From: Blattabacterium cuenoti | Lineage (GTDB): Bacteria; Bacteroidota; Bacteroidia; Flavobacteriales; Blattabacteriaceae | Direction: 5' to 3' | Length of the DNA: 32,000 nucleotides | Assembly (NCBI GenBank): GCA_014251975.1 | Contig: CP059204.1 | Coordinates: forward strand, 180,001-212,000 | Shown: positions 7,851-16,562 of the stretch, in pieces | Numbering within the stretch: the stretch's first letter is position 1 | Layout: each line of letters opens with the position of its first letter | Made by a program: the position numbers and the translations under genes | Notes under the pieces: model-generated | Database searches by the model: none | Told to the model about the DNA's origin: nothing | The model's input: only the letters and a program-made list of their open reading frames with translations

Positions 7851-10118
7851 ATGACAAAAAATACAGATAATCTTATAGAAGAATCTTTAAATTATCATAG
7901 TAAATTTCCTTCTGGAAAGATAAAAATTACTCCTACAAAATCATATAAAACTCAAAAAGATTTATCACTAGCTTATTCTCCAGGGGTAGCTGAACCTTGT
8001 AAAGAAATTACTATTTCTTCTAATAAAGTATATAAATACACTTCTAAAGGAAATCTAGTAGCAGTAATTACAAATGGTACTGCAGTTTTAGGTTTGGGTG
8101 ATATTGGTGCATTAGCTTCTAAACCAGTTATGGAAGGAAAAGCTTTATTATTTAAAATTTTTTCTGGTATTGACGTATTTGATATAGAAATTAATGAAAC
8201 AAATCCAGATAAATTTGTACAAATAGTTAAAGCTATTTCACCAACTTTTGGTGGAATTAATTTGGAAGATATTAAAGCTCCAGAAGCATTTGAAATAGAA
8301 AAAAAATTAAAAAAAGAATTAAATATTCCTGTAATGCACGATGATCAGCATGGAACTGCTATTATTTCAGGAGCGGCATTAATTAATGCTTTGCTTTGTG
8401 TTAAAAAAAATATAAATAAAGTTAAAATGGTAGTAAATGGTGCTGGTGCTGCTGCTATATCATGTTCAAAAATATATAAACAACTTGGTGTATCATCTAA
8501 TAATATTCTTATGTTTGATAGTAAAGGTTTATTACATGATTCAAGAAATGATTTAAATAAAGAGAAAAAAGAATTTTCAGTAAAAATAAATCCTATTCCT
8601 AATTTAAAAGAAGCTATTAAAAATTCTGATATTTTTATTGGTTTATCTGTTGGGGGAATACTAACAGAAAAAATGTTAAAAAGTATGGCACCTAATCCAA
8701 TTGTCTTTGCTATGGCTAATCCAGATCCAGAAATTGATTATAATATAGCATTAAAAATTAGGCCTGATATTGTTATGGCAACTGGAAGGAGTGATTATCC
8801 AAACCAAGTAAATAATGTTTTAGGATTTCCTTATATTTTTAGAGGAGCTTTAGATGTACAAGCTAATTCAATAAATGATGAAATGAAATTAGCTGCTATA
8901 CATTCGATAGCTTCTTTAGCTAAAGAACCTGTCCCAGAACATATTAATATAGTTTATAATAAAAAAAATATTTCTTTTGGAAAAGAATATATAATACCAA
9001 AACCTTTTGATAACAGGCTTATTACACGTGTTTCTACTGCAGTAGCAAAAGCAGCTATAAAATCTGGAGTTGCAAAAAATCCAATATTTAATTGGAAAAT
9101 TTATAAAGAAAAATTACTTGACAGAATGGAATTTGAAAGTAAAATTTTAAGAATGATACAAAATAGAGCACGGACAAATCCTAAAAAAATAGTTTTTTGT
9201 AATGGGGAAGACTTTAATATTCTTAAATCTATTCAAATTTTAAATGAAAAAAAAATAATTATAACACCATCTATAGTATTGGGTAATAAAATACGTATTA
9301 AAAATTTAATTAAAAAACACAATTTAGATATATATGTAAAAATAATAGATACAGAAAAAAATAAAAACAAAATAAAATATTATGCCGATATTTTATGGAA
9401 AAAAAGATGTAGAAAGGGATTAACTTTATATGAGTCTGAATTAATAATGAAAAACAATGATTATTTTGGAGCTATGATGGTAGATCAAAAAGAAGCTGAC
9501 GCAGTAATTACTGGATATTCAAGAAATTTTAATTTTAGTATTCGCCCTATTTTAGAAATAATAGGTAGAGAAAAACCTTATTATAAAGTATCTGGTATGA
9601 CAATCTTATTAACTAAACAAGGACCATTATTTTTAGCTGATACTGCTATTATCCAAAACCCTACAAGTGAAGAATTGGCAAAAATTGCATTAATGTCAGC
9701 TAATATAGTAAAAAAGTTTAATATTGAACCTAGAATTGCTATGTTATCATTTAAAAATTTTTCTTCTACTTCATCAAAAGTATCTAATACTGTATCTTTT
9801 TTACATAAAAAATATCCTAGACTAATAGTAGATGGAGAATTACAACCAGATTTTGCTTTAAATGAATTATTATTATATAATAAATTTCCTTTTTCTAAAC
9901 TTAGAAATAAAAAAGCAAATATTTTTATATTCCCAAATTTAGAATCAGGTAATTTAACTTATAAATTTATTAAAGGATTAGGCGGTATCCCTACAATTGG
10001 TCCTGTTTTATTAGGCATGAAAAAACCTTCTCACGTTATGCAAATGCAATCTAATATTGAAGAAATAGTAAATCTATCTACAATAGCAGTTATTGATGCT
10101 CAAATAAGAAATAATTAA
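7851..10118 (+). CDS. maeB: NADP-dependent malic enzyme with C-terminal phosphotransacetylase-like domain
   Basis: 755-aa ORF. It has LSLAYSPGVAEPC, ITNGTAVLGLGDIG, HDDQHGTA, the Rossmann motif VVNGAGAAA and ANPDPEI. The C-terminal ~330 aa is a PTA-like domain, the MaeB architecture. Confidence 0.9.
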   Translation: MTKNTDNLIEESLNYHSKFPSGKIKITPTKSYKTQKDLSLAYSPGVAEPCKEITISSNKVYKYTSKGNLVAVITNGTAVLGLGDIGALASKPVMEGKALLFKIFSGIDVFDIEINETNPDKFVQIVKAISPTFGGINLEDIKAPEAFEIEKKLKKELNIPVMHDDQHGTAIISGAALINALLCVKKNINKVKMVVNGAGAAAISCSKIYKQLGVSSNNILMFDSKGLLHDSRNDLNKEKKEFSVKINPIPNLKEAIKNSDIFIGLSVGGILTEKMLKSMAPNPIVFAMANPDPEIDYNIALKIRPDIVMATGRSDYPNQVNNVLGFPYIFRGALDVQANSINDEMKLAAIHSIASLAKEPVPEHINIVYNKKNISFGKEYIIPKPFDNRLITRVSTAVAKAAIKSGVAKNPIFNWKIYKEKLLDRMEFESKILRMIQNRARTNPKKIVFCNGEDFNILKSIQILNEKKIIITPSIVLGNKIRIKNLIKKHNLDIYVKIIDTEKNKNKIKYYADILWKKRCRKGLTLYESELIMKNNDYFGAMMVDQKEADAVITGYSRNFNFSIRPILEIIGREKPYYKVSGMTILLTKQGPLFLADTAIIQNPTSEELAKIALMSANIVKKFNIEPRIAMLSFKNFSSTSSKVSNTVSFLHKKYPRLIVDGELQPDFALNELLLYNKFPFSKLRNKKANIFIFPNLESGNLTYKFIKGLGGIPTIGPVLLGMKKPSHVMQMQSNIEEIVNLSTIAVIDAQIRNN

Positions 10119-10915
10119 ATATATACTTCTTTTATGTAATAATTTTTTCCGAATAAAATATTTACCTTATTTTGAAAAAAATTGTAAAATTTACTAGATG
10201 TATAAAATATTGGAGTATTATTATGTTTTTTATTAAAACATAATAATTTTCTCTTTTTTAGTTTTTTCTTTATCTCTTCTACAACTATTTTTTTTATATC
10301 TATTAAATTTACTTTTCCATTATAAAATTCTTCTATATCACGTTTAATAAACAAGTAATGAGTACAAGCTAAAATTAATGTATCTATTGATTTTAAATAA
10401 TTTAAACAATTTTTTATAACATAATTATTAATCCAATATGGATTAAAATTATTTTCAATAAAATAAGCCAATAATGGTATAGATACTTGAATAAGATCTA
10501 AATGATTATAATACTTTTTTATTTTTTTTACGTAAAAATTAGATCGTATTGTAGCCGGTGTAGCTATGATACCAATTTTTTTAGATAGTAAAAATAAATT
10601 ATTTTTTATTATTGGATCTATTACGTTAAATATTAATATTTTATTATTAAATTCTATTAATATTTCTTCTAAAGCATTAGAAGTAATTGAATTACATGCT
10701 ATTATTAAAGCCTTACATTTTTTTTTATAAAGAAAATAAATAATATTAATCGAATTTTTAACAATAAAATCTTTTGACTTATCACCATAAGGCATGTTCT
10801 TAATATCACCAAAATAAATAAACTTTTCATTTGGCATTTGTACATTTAGTTCTTTAGCTATAATAAGTCCACCTACTCCAGAATCCAAAATTCCTATTGG
10901 ATTTTGTATTTTCAT
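10115..10915 (-). CDS. murI: Glutamate racemase
   Basis: 266-aa ORF with GILDSGVGGL and both catalytic Cys motifs (IIACNSITS and ILACTHYLF). Confidence 0.9.
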   Translation of the reverse strand: MKIQNPIGILDSGVGGLIIAKELNVQMPNEKFIYFGDIKNMPYGDKSKDFIVKNSINIIYFLYKKKCKALIIACNSITSNALEEILIEFNNKILIFNVIDPIIKNNLFLLSKKIGIIATPATIRSNFYVKKIKKYYNHLDLIQVSIPLLAYFIENNFNPYWINNYVIKNCLNYLKSIDTLILACTHYLFIKRDIEEFYNGKVNLIDIKKIVVEEIKKKLKKRKLLCFNKKHNNTPIFYTSSKFYNFFQNKVNILFGKNYYIKEVYI

Positions 10916-10922
10916 AAAAAAA

Positions 10923-11165
10923 TTATTTAAAATTAAAAATTTTTTTATATAACTTACTTTTTATTCTAGACGCTTTATTAACATGTATAATTTTTTTTTT
11001 AGATAATTTATCTATCATTGATATAACTTTTGGATAATATTTTTTTTCTTTTTGTTTAATCAATTTTTTAATTGCAGTTTTTGTACTTTTATTTAAATAT
11101 CTATTCCTAATTTTTTTTACAAAATTTTGCCTAATTCTTTTTAAAGAAGATTTATTATTTCCCAT
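10923..11165 (-). CDS. rpsT: 30S ribosomal protein S20
   Basis: MGNNKSSLKRIRQNFVKKIRNR... is a typical S20 N-terminus. I moved the start to the ATG at 11165 (the track gives 11189) because the 8-codon extension runs into the tRNA-Glu gene. Confidence 0.9.
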   Translation of the reverse strand: MGNNKSSLKRIRQNFVKKIRNRYLNKSTKTAIKKLIKQKEKKYYPKVISMIDKLSKKKIIHVNKASRIKSKLYKKIFNFK

Positions 11166-11181
11166 AATAAAATAAATTATA

Positions 11182-11253
11182 TAGCCCATAGGGGAATCGA
11201 ACCCCTCTTTCCAGGATGAAAACCTGACGTCCTAACCAATAGACGAATGAGCC
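11182..11253 (-). tRNA. tRNA-Glu (anticodon UUC)
   Basis: The reverse complement reads GGCTCATTCGTCTATTGGTTAGGACGTCAGGTTTTCATCCTGGAAAGAGGGGTTCGATTCCCCTATGGGCTA (72 nt). It folds by hand into a cloverleaf: a 7-bp acceptor stem (two G-T pairs), a D arm GTCT/AGGAC, an anticodon stem TCAGG/CCTGG with loop TTTTCAT (anticodon TTC), and a T arm GGGG-TTCGATT-CCCC. CCA is not encoded. Confidence 0.9.
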
Positions 11254-11287
11254 TATTATATATTAAAAATACAGATTTAACTTTTAT

Positions 11288-12526
11288 TTAAAAAATATCA
11301 AATCCTAGTTTTAGCAAATCATTCCAAAAAGTAGGATATGATTTATTTACTACTTCATAATCTTCTATTTGTATAGGATAATAAAATAATGCTAAAGATG
11401 CAAAAGACATAGCCATTCTATGATCCTGATATGTTTTAATTTTACTATTATAACATTTTTTTAAATAAAAATCTTGTATTTCCAAACTAGATTTAGTTAT
11501 TCTAGATATTACCCCAAATTTTATAAGTTCATTTTTTAATGCTTTTAACCTATCAGTTTCTTTTATTTTCAATGTTTCTAATCCATTTAAAATACACTTT
11601 ATTTTCATAGCAGAACAAGTTACTGCAATAGTTTGTGCAATATCTGGTGTTTCATTTAAATCTAATTTTATAAATTTAGGATATAAAAAATTTGGATTTT
11701 TACTTAGTGTTATTTTATTTTTTTCCCCAAAAACAGTAGATACCCCAAAATATTTATCATAAATATATGATATTTTATTATCTCCTTGAAAACTATTTTT
11801 ATTATATGAACTTAATACTAAATTACTTTTTTTAGACATAGATACCATAGAATAGAAATATGATGCGGAACTCCAATCTGATTCTACATAAAAATGTTTT
11901 ACTAATTTTTTTTTACCAGGTAAAATATGAATTTTATTATTTTCCCAAATAGCTTTTACACCGATTAAATTTAATAAATCAAATGTCATTTTTATATAAG
12001 GATAAGATGTTATTTTTTGTTTTAAAAAAATTTTTAATCCCATTTTAAACTTACTAGAAATTAACATTAAAGAACTAATAAATTGACTACTAATTCTAGC
12101 ATCTATATTAATATATCCTCCTAAAATTTTTTTTCCTAATATTTGTATTGGTGGATATCCTTTTTTCTCTAAATAAATAATTTTAGCTCCTAATTTATTT
12201 AAAGCATCAACTAAAATTGAAATAGGTCTTTGTTTCATTCTTGTTGAACCAGTTAAAATTATATTTTTATTTTTTTGTATAGAAAAATAAGAAGTTAAAA
12301 ATCTCATTGTAGTTCCAGCATGATTAACATCAATTACTTTTGAAATACTATTTAAACTTTTTTTCAACAATAAAGTATCTTCACAATTAGATAAATTTTC
12401 AATGAAAATTTCATTTTTATAAAGATATTGTAAAATTAAAAGTCTGTTAGAAATACTTTTTGATCCTGTTATAGATAAGGTTCCCCTTAAAAAATTTCCC
12501 TTTTTACAAATATTTATAATAGACAT
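11288..12526 (-). CDS. aroA: 3-phosphoshikimate 1-carboxyvinyltransferase (EPSP synthase)
   Basis: 412-aa ORF with the GSKSISNRLLIL (S3P/PEP site Lys) motif, HAGTTMRFL loop, RMKQRPI, ETDRLKAL and YQDHRMAMSF. Confidence 0.9.
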   Translation of the reverse strand: MSIINICKKGNFLRGTLSITGSKSISNRLLILQYLYKNEIFIENLSNCEDTLLLKKSLNSISKVIDVNHAGTTMRFLTSYFSIQKNKNIILTGSTRMKQRPISILVDALNKLGAKIIYLEKKGYPPIQILGKKILGGYINIDARISSQFISSLMLISSKFKMGLKIFLKQKITSYPYIKMTFDLLNLIGVKAIWENNKIHILPGKKKLVKHFYVESDWSSASYFYSMVSMSKKSNLVLSSYNKNSFQGDNKISYIYDKYFGVSTVFGEKNKITLSKNPNFLYPKFIKLDLNETPDIAQTIAVTCSAMKIKCILNGLETLKIKETDRLKALKNELIKFGVISRITKSSLEIQDFYLKKCYNSKIKTYQDHRMAMSFASLALFYYPIQIEDYEVVNKSYPTFWNDLLKLGFDIF

Positions 12527-12558
12527 ATTTATTTAATATTATTTTTTAATAAATAACA

Positions 12559-13527
12559 TTACACTATTTTATTTTTTAATAAAATTTTCACACCATCTAT
12601 AATTGATTCATAGTTAATTTTATATTTTTTTAATAATTCCATTGGTTTTCCACTTTCACCAAAAGTATCATTTACAGCTACAAATTTTTGACTTATATTA
12701 TATTTTGATTTAGTAGTAATTATTCTTGAAATACTTTCTCCAATACCTCCAAAAACATTATGTTCTTCTGCTGTAATAATACACCTAGTTTTTGAAATTG
12801 ATTCTAATATAGATTCTTCATCTAATGGTTTAATAGTATGTATATTTATAACTTCACATTCTATATTATATTTTTCGTATAAAAATTTAGAAGCTTTTAA
12901 AGATTCCCAAACCAAATGACCGGTACTTACAATAGTAATATCTTTACCTTTTGTTAAAAAAATAGCTTTACCTATTTTAAAAGTTTGATTTTCGTCAGTA
13001 AAATTTGCTACAGAAGGACGCCCAAATCGCAAATATACTGGTCCAAAATAATTAGAAATAGCAATAGTAGCAGCATAGGTTTGATTATAATCACAAGTAT
13101 TAATTACTGTCATTCCAGGTAACATTTTCATCATACCAATATCTTCTAAACTTTGATGTGTAGCTCCATCTTCTCCTAAAGTTAAACCTGAATGAGAAGC
13201 ACATATTTTAACATTTTTATTAGAGTATGCTATAGATTGTCTAATTTGATCATATACCCTAGATGTTGAAAAATTAGCAAAAGTACCAGTAAATGGTATA
13301 TAATTACCAATACTTAAACCAGCAGCTATACCTATCATATTAGCTTCTGCAATACCTACTTGAAAAAATCTATCTGGAAATTTTACAGAAAATTCTTTCA
13401 TACATAAAGAATCAGTTAAATCTGCACAAAGTGCTACAACTTTTTTATTTTTTTTACCTAAAAAATATAATGCTTTACCAAATCCTGCTCTAGTTTCTTT
13501 TAATTCTTTATTTTTATATATTTTCAT
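12559..13527 (-). CDS. Transketolase, C-terminal (pyrimidine-binding) subunit
   Basis: 322-aa ORF with GIAEANMIGIAAGL, GEDGATHQSLEDIG and a C-terminal transketolase domain. It is adjacent to, and on the same strand as, the N-terminal subunit. Confidence 0.85.
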   Translation of the reverse strand: MKIYKNKELKETRAGFGKALYFLGKKNKKVVALCADLTDSLCMKEFSVKFPDRFFQVGIAEANMIGIAAGLSIGNYIPFTGTFANFSTSRVYDQIRQSIAYSNKNVKICASHSGLTLGEDGATHQSLEDIGMMKMLPGMTVINTCDYNQTYAATIAISNYFGPVYLRFGRPSVANFTDENQTFKIGKAIFLTKGKDITIVSTGHLVWESLKASKFLYEKYNIECEVINIHTIKPLDEESILESISKTRCIITAEEHNVFGGIGESISRIITTKSKYNISQKFVAVNDTFGESGKPMELLKKYKINYESIIDGVKILLKNKIV

Positions 13528-13540
13528 CTTTTTTTTTAAT

Positions 13541-14401
13541 TTATAACAATGGATAATCCGTTAAACTTTCAGGTAATTTAGATAATGCTATTTTTAATTC
13601 TTTTTTATTTGGATATTTACCATGCCATTTATTATTACCCATCATAAAATCCACTCCATATCCCATTTCAGTATGTAAAATTATTATAACTGGTTTTCCA
13701 TTACCAGTTTTTTGTTTAGCTAATTTTAATGTTTTTATAACATTTTTTATATTATTACCTTCTAATTCTTCTAAGACATACCATTCAAAAGATTCAAATT
13801 TTTTTCTTAAATCACCAAGAGATAGTACATCATTTGTAGTGCCATCTATTTGTTGCATATTATAATCTATTGTAGCTATATAATTATCAACTTTTTTAGA
13901 TCCAGCATATAAAACAGCTTCCCATATCTGTCCTTCATTTAATTCTCCATCTCCATGTAAACTATAAATAATTGTATCAAATTCTTTATTTAATTTTTTT
14001 GATAAAGCTGCACCAATAGATACAGACATCCCTTGTCCTAATGATCCAGATGAAATTCTTATACCAGGTAATTGTTTTCTAACAGAAGGGTGTCCTTGTA
14101 AACGAGAATTTAATTTTCTAAAAGTAGAAAGTTCTTTAATAGGGAAAAACCCAGATCTAGCTAAAACGCTATAATATAATGGAGATATATGTCCATTAGA
14201 AAGAAAAAATAGATCTTCCCCTTTACCATCCATTGTGAACTTTTTTGGATTATAATTCATTATATCATTATATAATGCTACTAAATATTCTGTACATCCT
14301 AAAGAACCACCAGGATGTCCTGATTGCGCATCATTTATCATTCTAAGAATATCCCTTCTTACTTGACTACACAAATTTTTTAAATAAAATTTATTATTCA
14401 T
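13541..14401 (-). CDS. Transketolase, N-terminal (thiamine diphosphate-binding) subunit
   Basis: 286-aa ORF with SGHPGGSLG, GHISPLYY and the TPP motif GDGELNEGQIWEA. The split two-gene transketolase is common in Bacteroidota. Confidence 0.85.
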   Translation of the reverse strand: MNNKFYLKNLCSQVRRDILRMINDAQSGHPGGSLGCTEYLVALYNDIMNYNPKKFTMDGKGEDLFFLSNGHISPLYYSVLARSGFFPIKELSTFRKLNSRLQGHPSVRKQLPGIRISSGSLGQGMSVSIGAALSKKLNKEFDTIIYSLHGDGELNEGQIWEAVLYAGSKKVDNYIATIDYNMQQIDGTTNDVLSLGDLRKKFESFEWYVLEELEGNNIKNVIKTLKLAKQKTGNGKPVIIILHTEMGYGVDFMMGNNKWHGKYPNKKELKIALSKLPESLTDYPLL

Positions 14402-14499
14402 TTTATTGAATTAGTGAATTTAATTAATTAAAAAAATATAAATATTTTAATATTATTTTTTTATAATTTTTAACAAAATTAATTAATTTATTATGTATT

Positions 14500-14925
14500 A
14501 TGAAAATAATAAATAGAAAAGCAAAATTTTTATATTATTTTATAGACTATTATATAGCAGGGATACAACTATTTGGTACTGAAGTAAAATCTATAAAACA
14601 AAACAAAGTATCTTTAGAAGATAGTTTTTGCCAAATTAAAAACGGAGAACTTTATTCTTTAAATATGTATATAGCAGAATATAAATTTGGTAATTATTAT
14701 AACCATGATACAAAAAGAACAAGAAAACTATTACTTAATAAAAAAGAACTAAAAAAAATAAATAAAAAATTAATAAATCCAGGATTAACTATAATACCTA
14801 TTGAATTATTTATTAGTTCGACTAATTACATAAAAATGAAAATAGTTTTAGCAAAGGGTAAAAAAAAATATGATAAACGTGAAATTTTAAGAAAAAAAGA
14901 ATTTATTAGAGAAGTTAAATATTAA
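14500..14925 (+). CDS. smpB: SsrA-binding protein
   Basis: 141-aa ORF with NRKAKFLYYFIDYYIAGIQLFGTEVKSIK...RTRKLLLNKKEL...KGKKKYDKRE, the SmpB pattern and size. Confidence 0.9.
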   Translation: MKIINRKAKFLYYFIDYYIAGIQLFGTEVKSIKQNKVSLEDSFCQIKNGELYSLNMYIAEYKFGNYYNHDTKRTRKLLLNKKELKKINKKLINPGLTIIPIELFISSTNYIKMKIVLAKGKKKYDKREILRKKEFIREVKY

Positions 14926-14962
14926 TATTATTATACTATATCTGTATTATTATTAAATAGTT

Positions 14963-15002
14963 ATATATTTGTTATAATATAAATATATTTGTTATAATAT
15001 AA
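14963..15002. repeat. Perfect 20-bp tandem duplication (ATATATTTGTTATAATATAA x2, plus a 4-nt partial third copy)
   Basis: Read directly: 14963..14982 is identical to 14983..15002. It lies in the smpB / outer-membrane-protein spacer, 12 nt upstream of the ATG at 15015. Confidence 0.9.
14964..14991 (+). promoter_or_regulatory. Two copies of the Bacteroidota -7 promoter motif TAnnTTTG (TATATTTG at 14964..14971 and 14984..14991)
   Basis: Each is an exact match to the TAnnTTTG consensus described for Bacteroides/Flavobacterium sigma-A promoters. The copies lie 43 and 23 nt upstream of the ATG at 15015. No well-spaced -33 TTTG was found, and such motifs arise easily in AT-rich DNA. Confidence 0.25.
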
Positions 15003-15014
15003 ATATTATAGTTT

Positions 15015-15722
15015 ATGAAAAAAATTATTATTTTTCTTATAACCTTTTTTATTATTTTACCGAATATTTTAGCAAAAAACTTAAATTCAAATTCAAAAAA
15101 AAATAAGTGGTTTGCAAAAATTTCAAATAATAATATTAACTATTTCCCAATAAAACAACCATTTAAAAATATTTTTTATATTAATAATAATGATCTATTT
15201 AATTCTTTAAATATTGGTGGTGGATATAATAATAATTCAAAAAAGTATTTATCAATGTACTTTGATTTAGATTTAGGGTTTATAAAAAATTTTAGATGGA
15301 ATTTAAAAAATCAAAAATTATGTCAATTAAACAGTGGTATAGAACTACATTTATTGCCTGATTATAAAATAGATCCTTTTATTAAAATAGGTGCAGGATA
15401 TAATTATGTAGATTACAGAAATAAAAATTTAGATATTTCTAAAACCCAATATTTTATGTCTAATAGAAAAAATTTTGGAATTTTAGATAGTGGATTAGGA
15501 GTTACTTATTGGATATTACCTAATTTAGGAATTACATTACAAAGTTGTTATAATCATGTATTTTATCCTACATCATCATATACATTTTTAGATTTTTGGA
15601 AACATAATATTGGATTAATACATCGTTTTTCAAATGAATCAAATGAACAACATGATAAACAAATAAATAAAAAAATAATAAATCATATAAAAGATTTTTT
15701 TAGTAATTTAAATTATTACTAA
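15015..15722 (+). CDS. Putative outer membrane beta-barrel protein with signal peptide
   Basis: 235-aa ORF. It has an N-terminal signal-like sequence (KKIIIFLITFFIILPNILA), alternating aromatic/Gly-rich strands (GGGYNN, IGAGYNYVDY, GLGVTYWILPNLGITLQ) and a terminal-strand-like NIGLIHRF. I recognise only the general OMP beta-barrel pattern, not a specific family. Confidence 0.45.
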   Translation: MKKIIIFLITFFIILPNILAKNLNSNSKKNKWFAKISNNNINYFPIKQPFKNIFYINNNDLFNSLNIGGGYNNNSKKYLSMYFDLDLGFIKNFRWNLKNQKLCQLNSGIELHLLPDYKIDPFIKIGAGYNYVDYRNKNLDISKTQYFMSNRKNFGILDSGLGVTYWILPNLGITLQSCYNHVFYPTSSYTFLDFWKHNIGLIHRFSNESNEQHDKQINKKIINHIKDFFSNLNYY

Positions 15723-15732
15723 AAAAATCTTT

Positions 15733-16539
15733 TTATTTAAAAATATCTTTTTTATTTGGTATAGAGATCCATATACTTATTTGATATAAAATAAGTAAAG
15801 GTATTAAAACTATTATAGTACTTATAATATCTCCTGGTGTTATTGCAGAAGCAAAAATTAACATAATTAGTAATGAATGTTTTCTATATTTTATTAAAAA
15901 AGTATATGAAATTAATCCCAATTTTGTAAGTATAAATATAAATAATGGTAATAAAAAAACAATCCCCATAGAAAATACAGTATATATTATAAGTGATATA
16001 TAATCAGATAATTCAAAAATATTTTTTGGAACATTGCTGATTTTAAAATAATATCCAAAATTAATTAAAAATGGACATAAAATAAAATATCCAAAAGAAC
16101 TTCCAAAAATAAATAATAATAGCGAAATAAATAGTATTTTTTTTGAAGATTGTTTCTCTTTTTTTGATAGCGCTGGGCTAATAAATAACCAAAATCTATA
16201 AAAAAAATAAGGGAAAGAAAGGATACAACCCCCTGTAATACATGAATTTATATAGGTGTTAAATTGTCCAAATATTTTTCTATTTTGAATTTCTATATTG
16301 TTTGATAAAAAAATAATTGGGCCAAAATATTTTCCAATTTTACATTTTGTAAATTTAGAGAATAATCTATATGTTATAAAGTTTACTTTTGATGGTGCAA
16401 AAATGATTTTATCAAATAAAAATTCTTTATTAATCATTAAAAATATTGTCATTATTATGACTGAAAAAAAACAATGGAAAAAATGTTTTCTTAATTCTTC
16501 TATATGCTCCCAAAAAGGCATTTTCTTTAATTCATTCAT
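15733..16539 (-). CDS. tatC: Twin-arginine translocase subunit TatC
   Basis: It has the MPFWEHIEELRKHFF N-terminus typical of TatC and about six TM helices. The track's first codon (16561..16563) is TTG. I place the start at the first ATG (16539, MNELKKMPFWEH); ATG 16521 is also possible. Confidence 0.85.
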   Translation of the reverse strand: MNELKKMPFWEHIEELRKHFFHCFFSVIIMTIFLMINKEFLFDKIIFAPSKVNFITYRLFSKFTKCKIGKYFGPIIFLSNNIEIQNRKIFGQFNTYINSCITGGCILSFPYFFYRFWLFISPALSKKEKQSSKKILFISLLLFIFGSSFGYFILCPFLINFGYYFKISNVPKNIFELSDYISLIIYTVFSMGIVFLLPLFIFILTKLGLISYTFLIKYRKHSLLIMLIFASAITPGDIISTIIVLIPLLILYQISIWISIPNKKDIFK

Positions 16540-16562
16540 TATAATAAAAAATTTTAAATACA

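Noticed and set aside
10115-10118. maeB and murI stop codons share the palindrome TTAA (4-nt convergent overlap)
   Set aside because: It is real, but a trivial consequence of TAA stops and genome compaction. It has no functional implication that I can argue.
11166-11189. N-terminal 8-codon extension of rpsT given by the ORF track (MGYIIYFI...)
   Set aside because: It overlaps the 3' end of the tRNA-Glu gene (11182..11253). The S20 consensus N-terminus begins at the internal ATG (MGNNKSSLKRIRQ).
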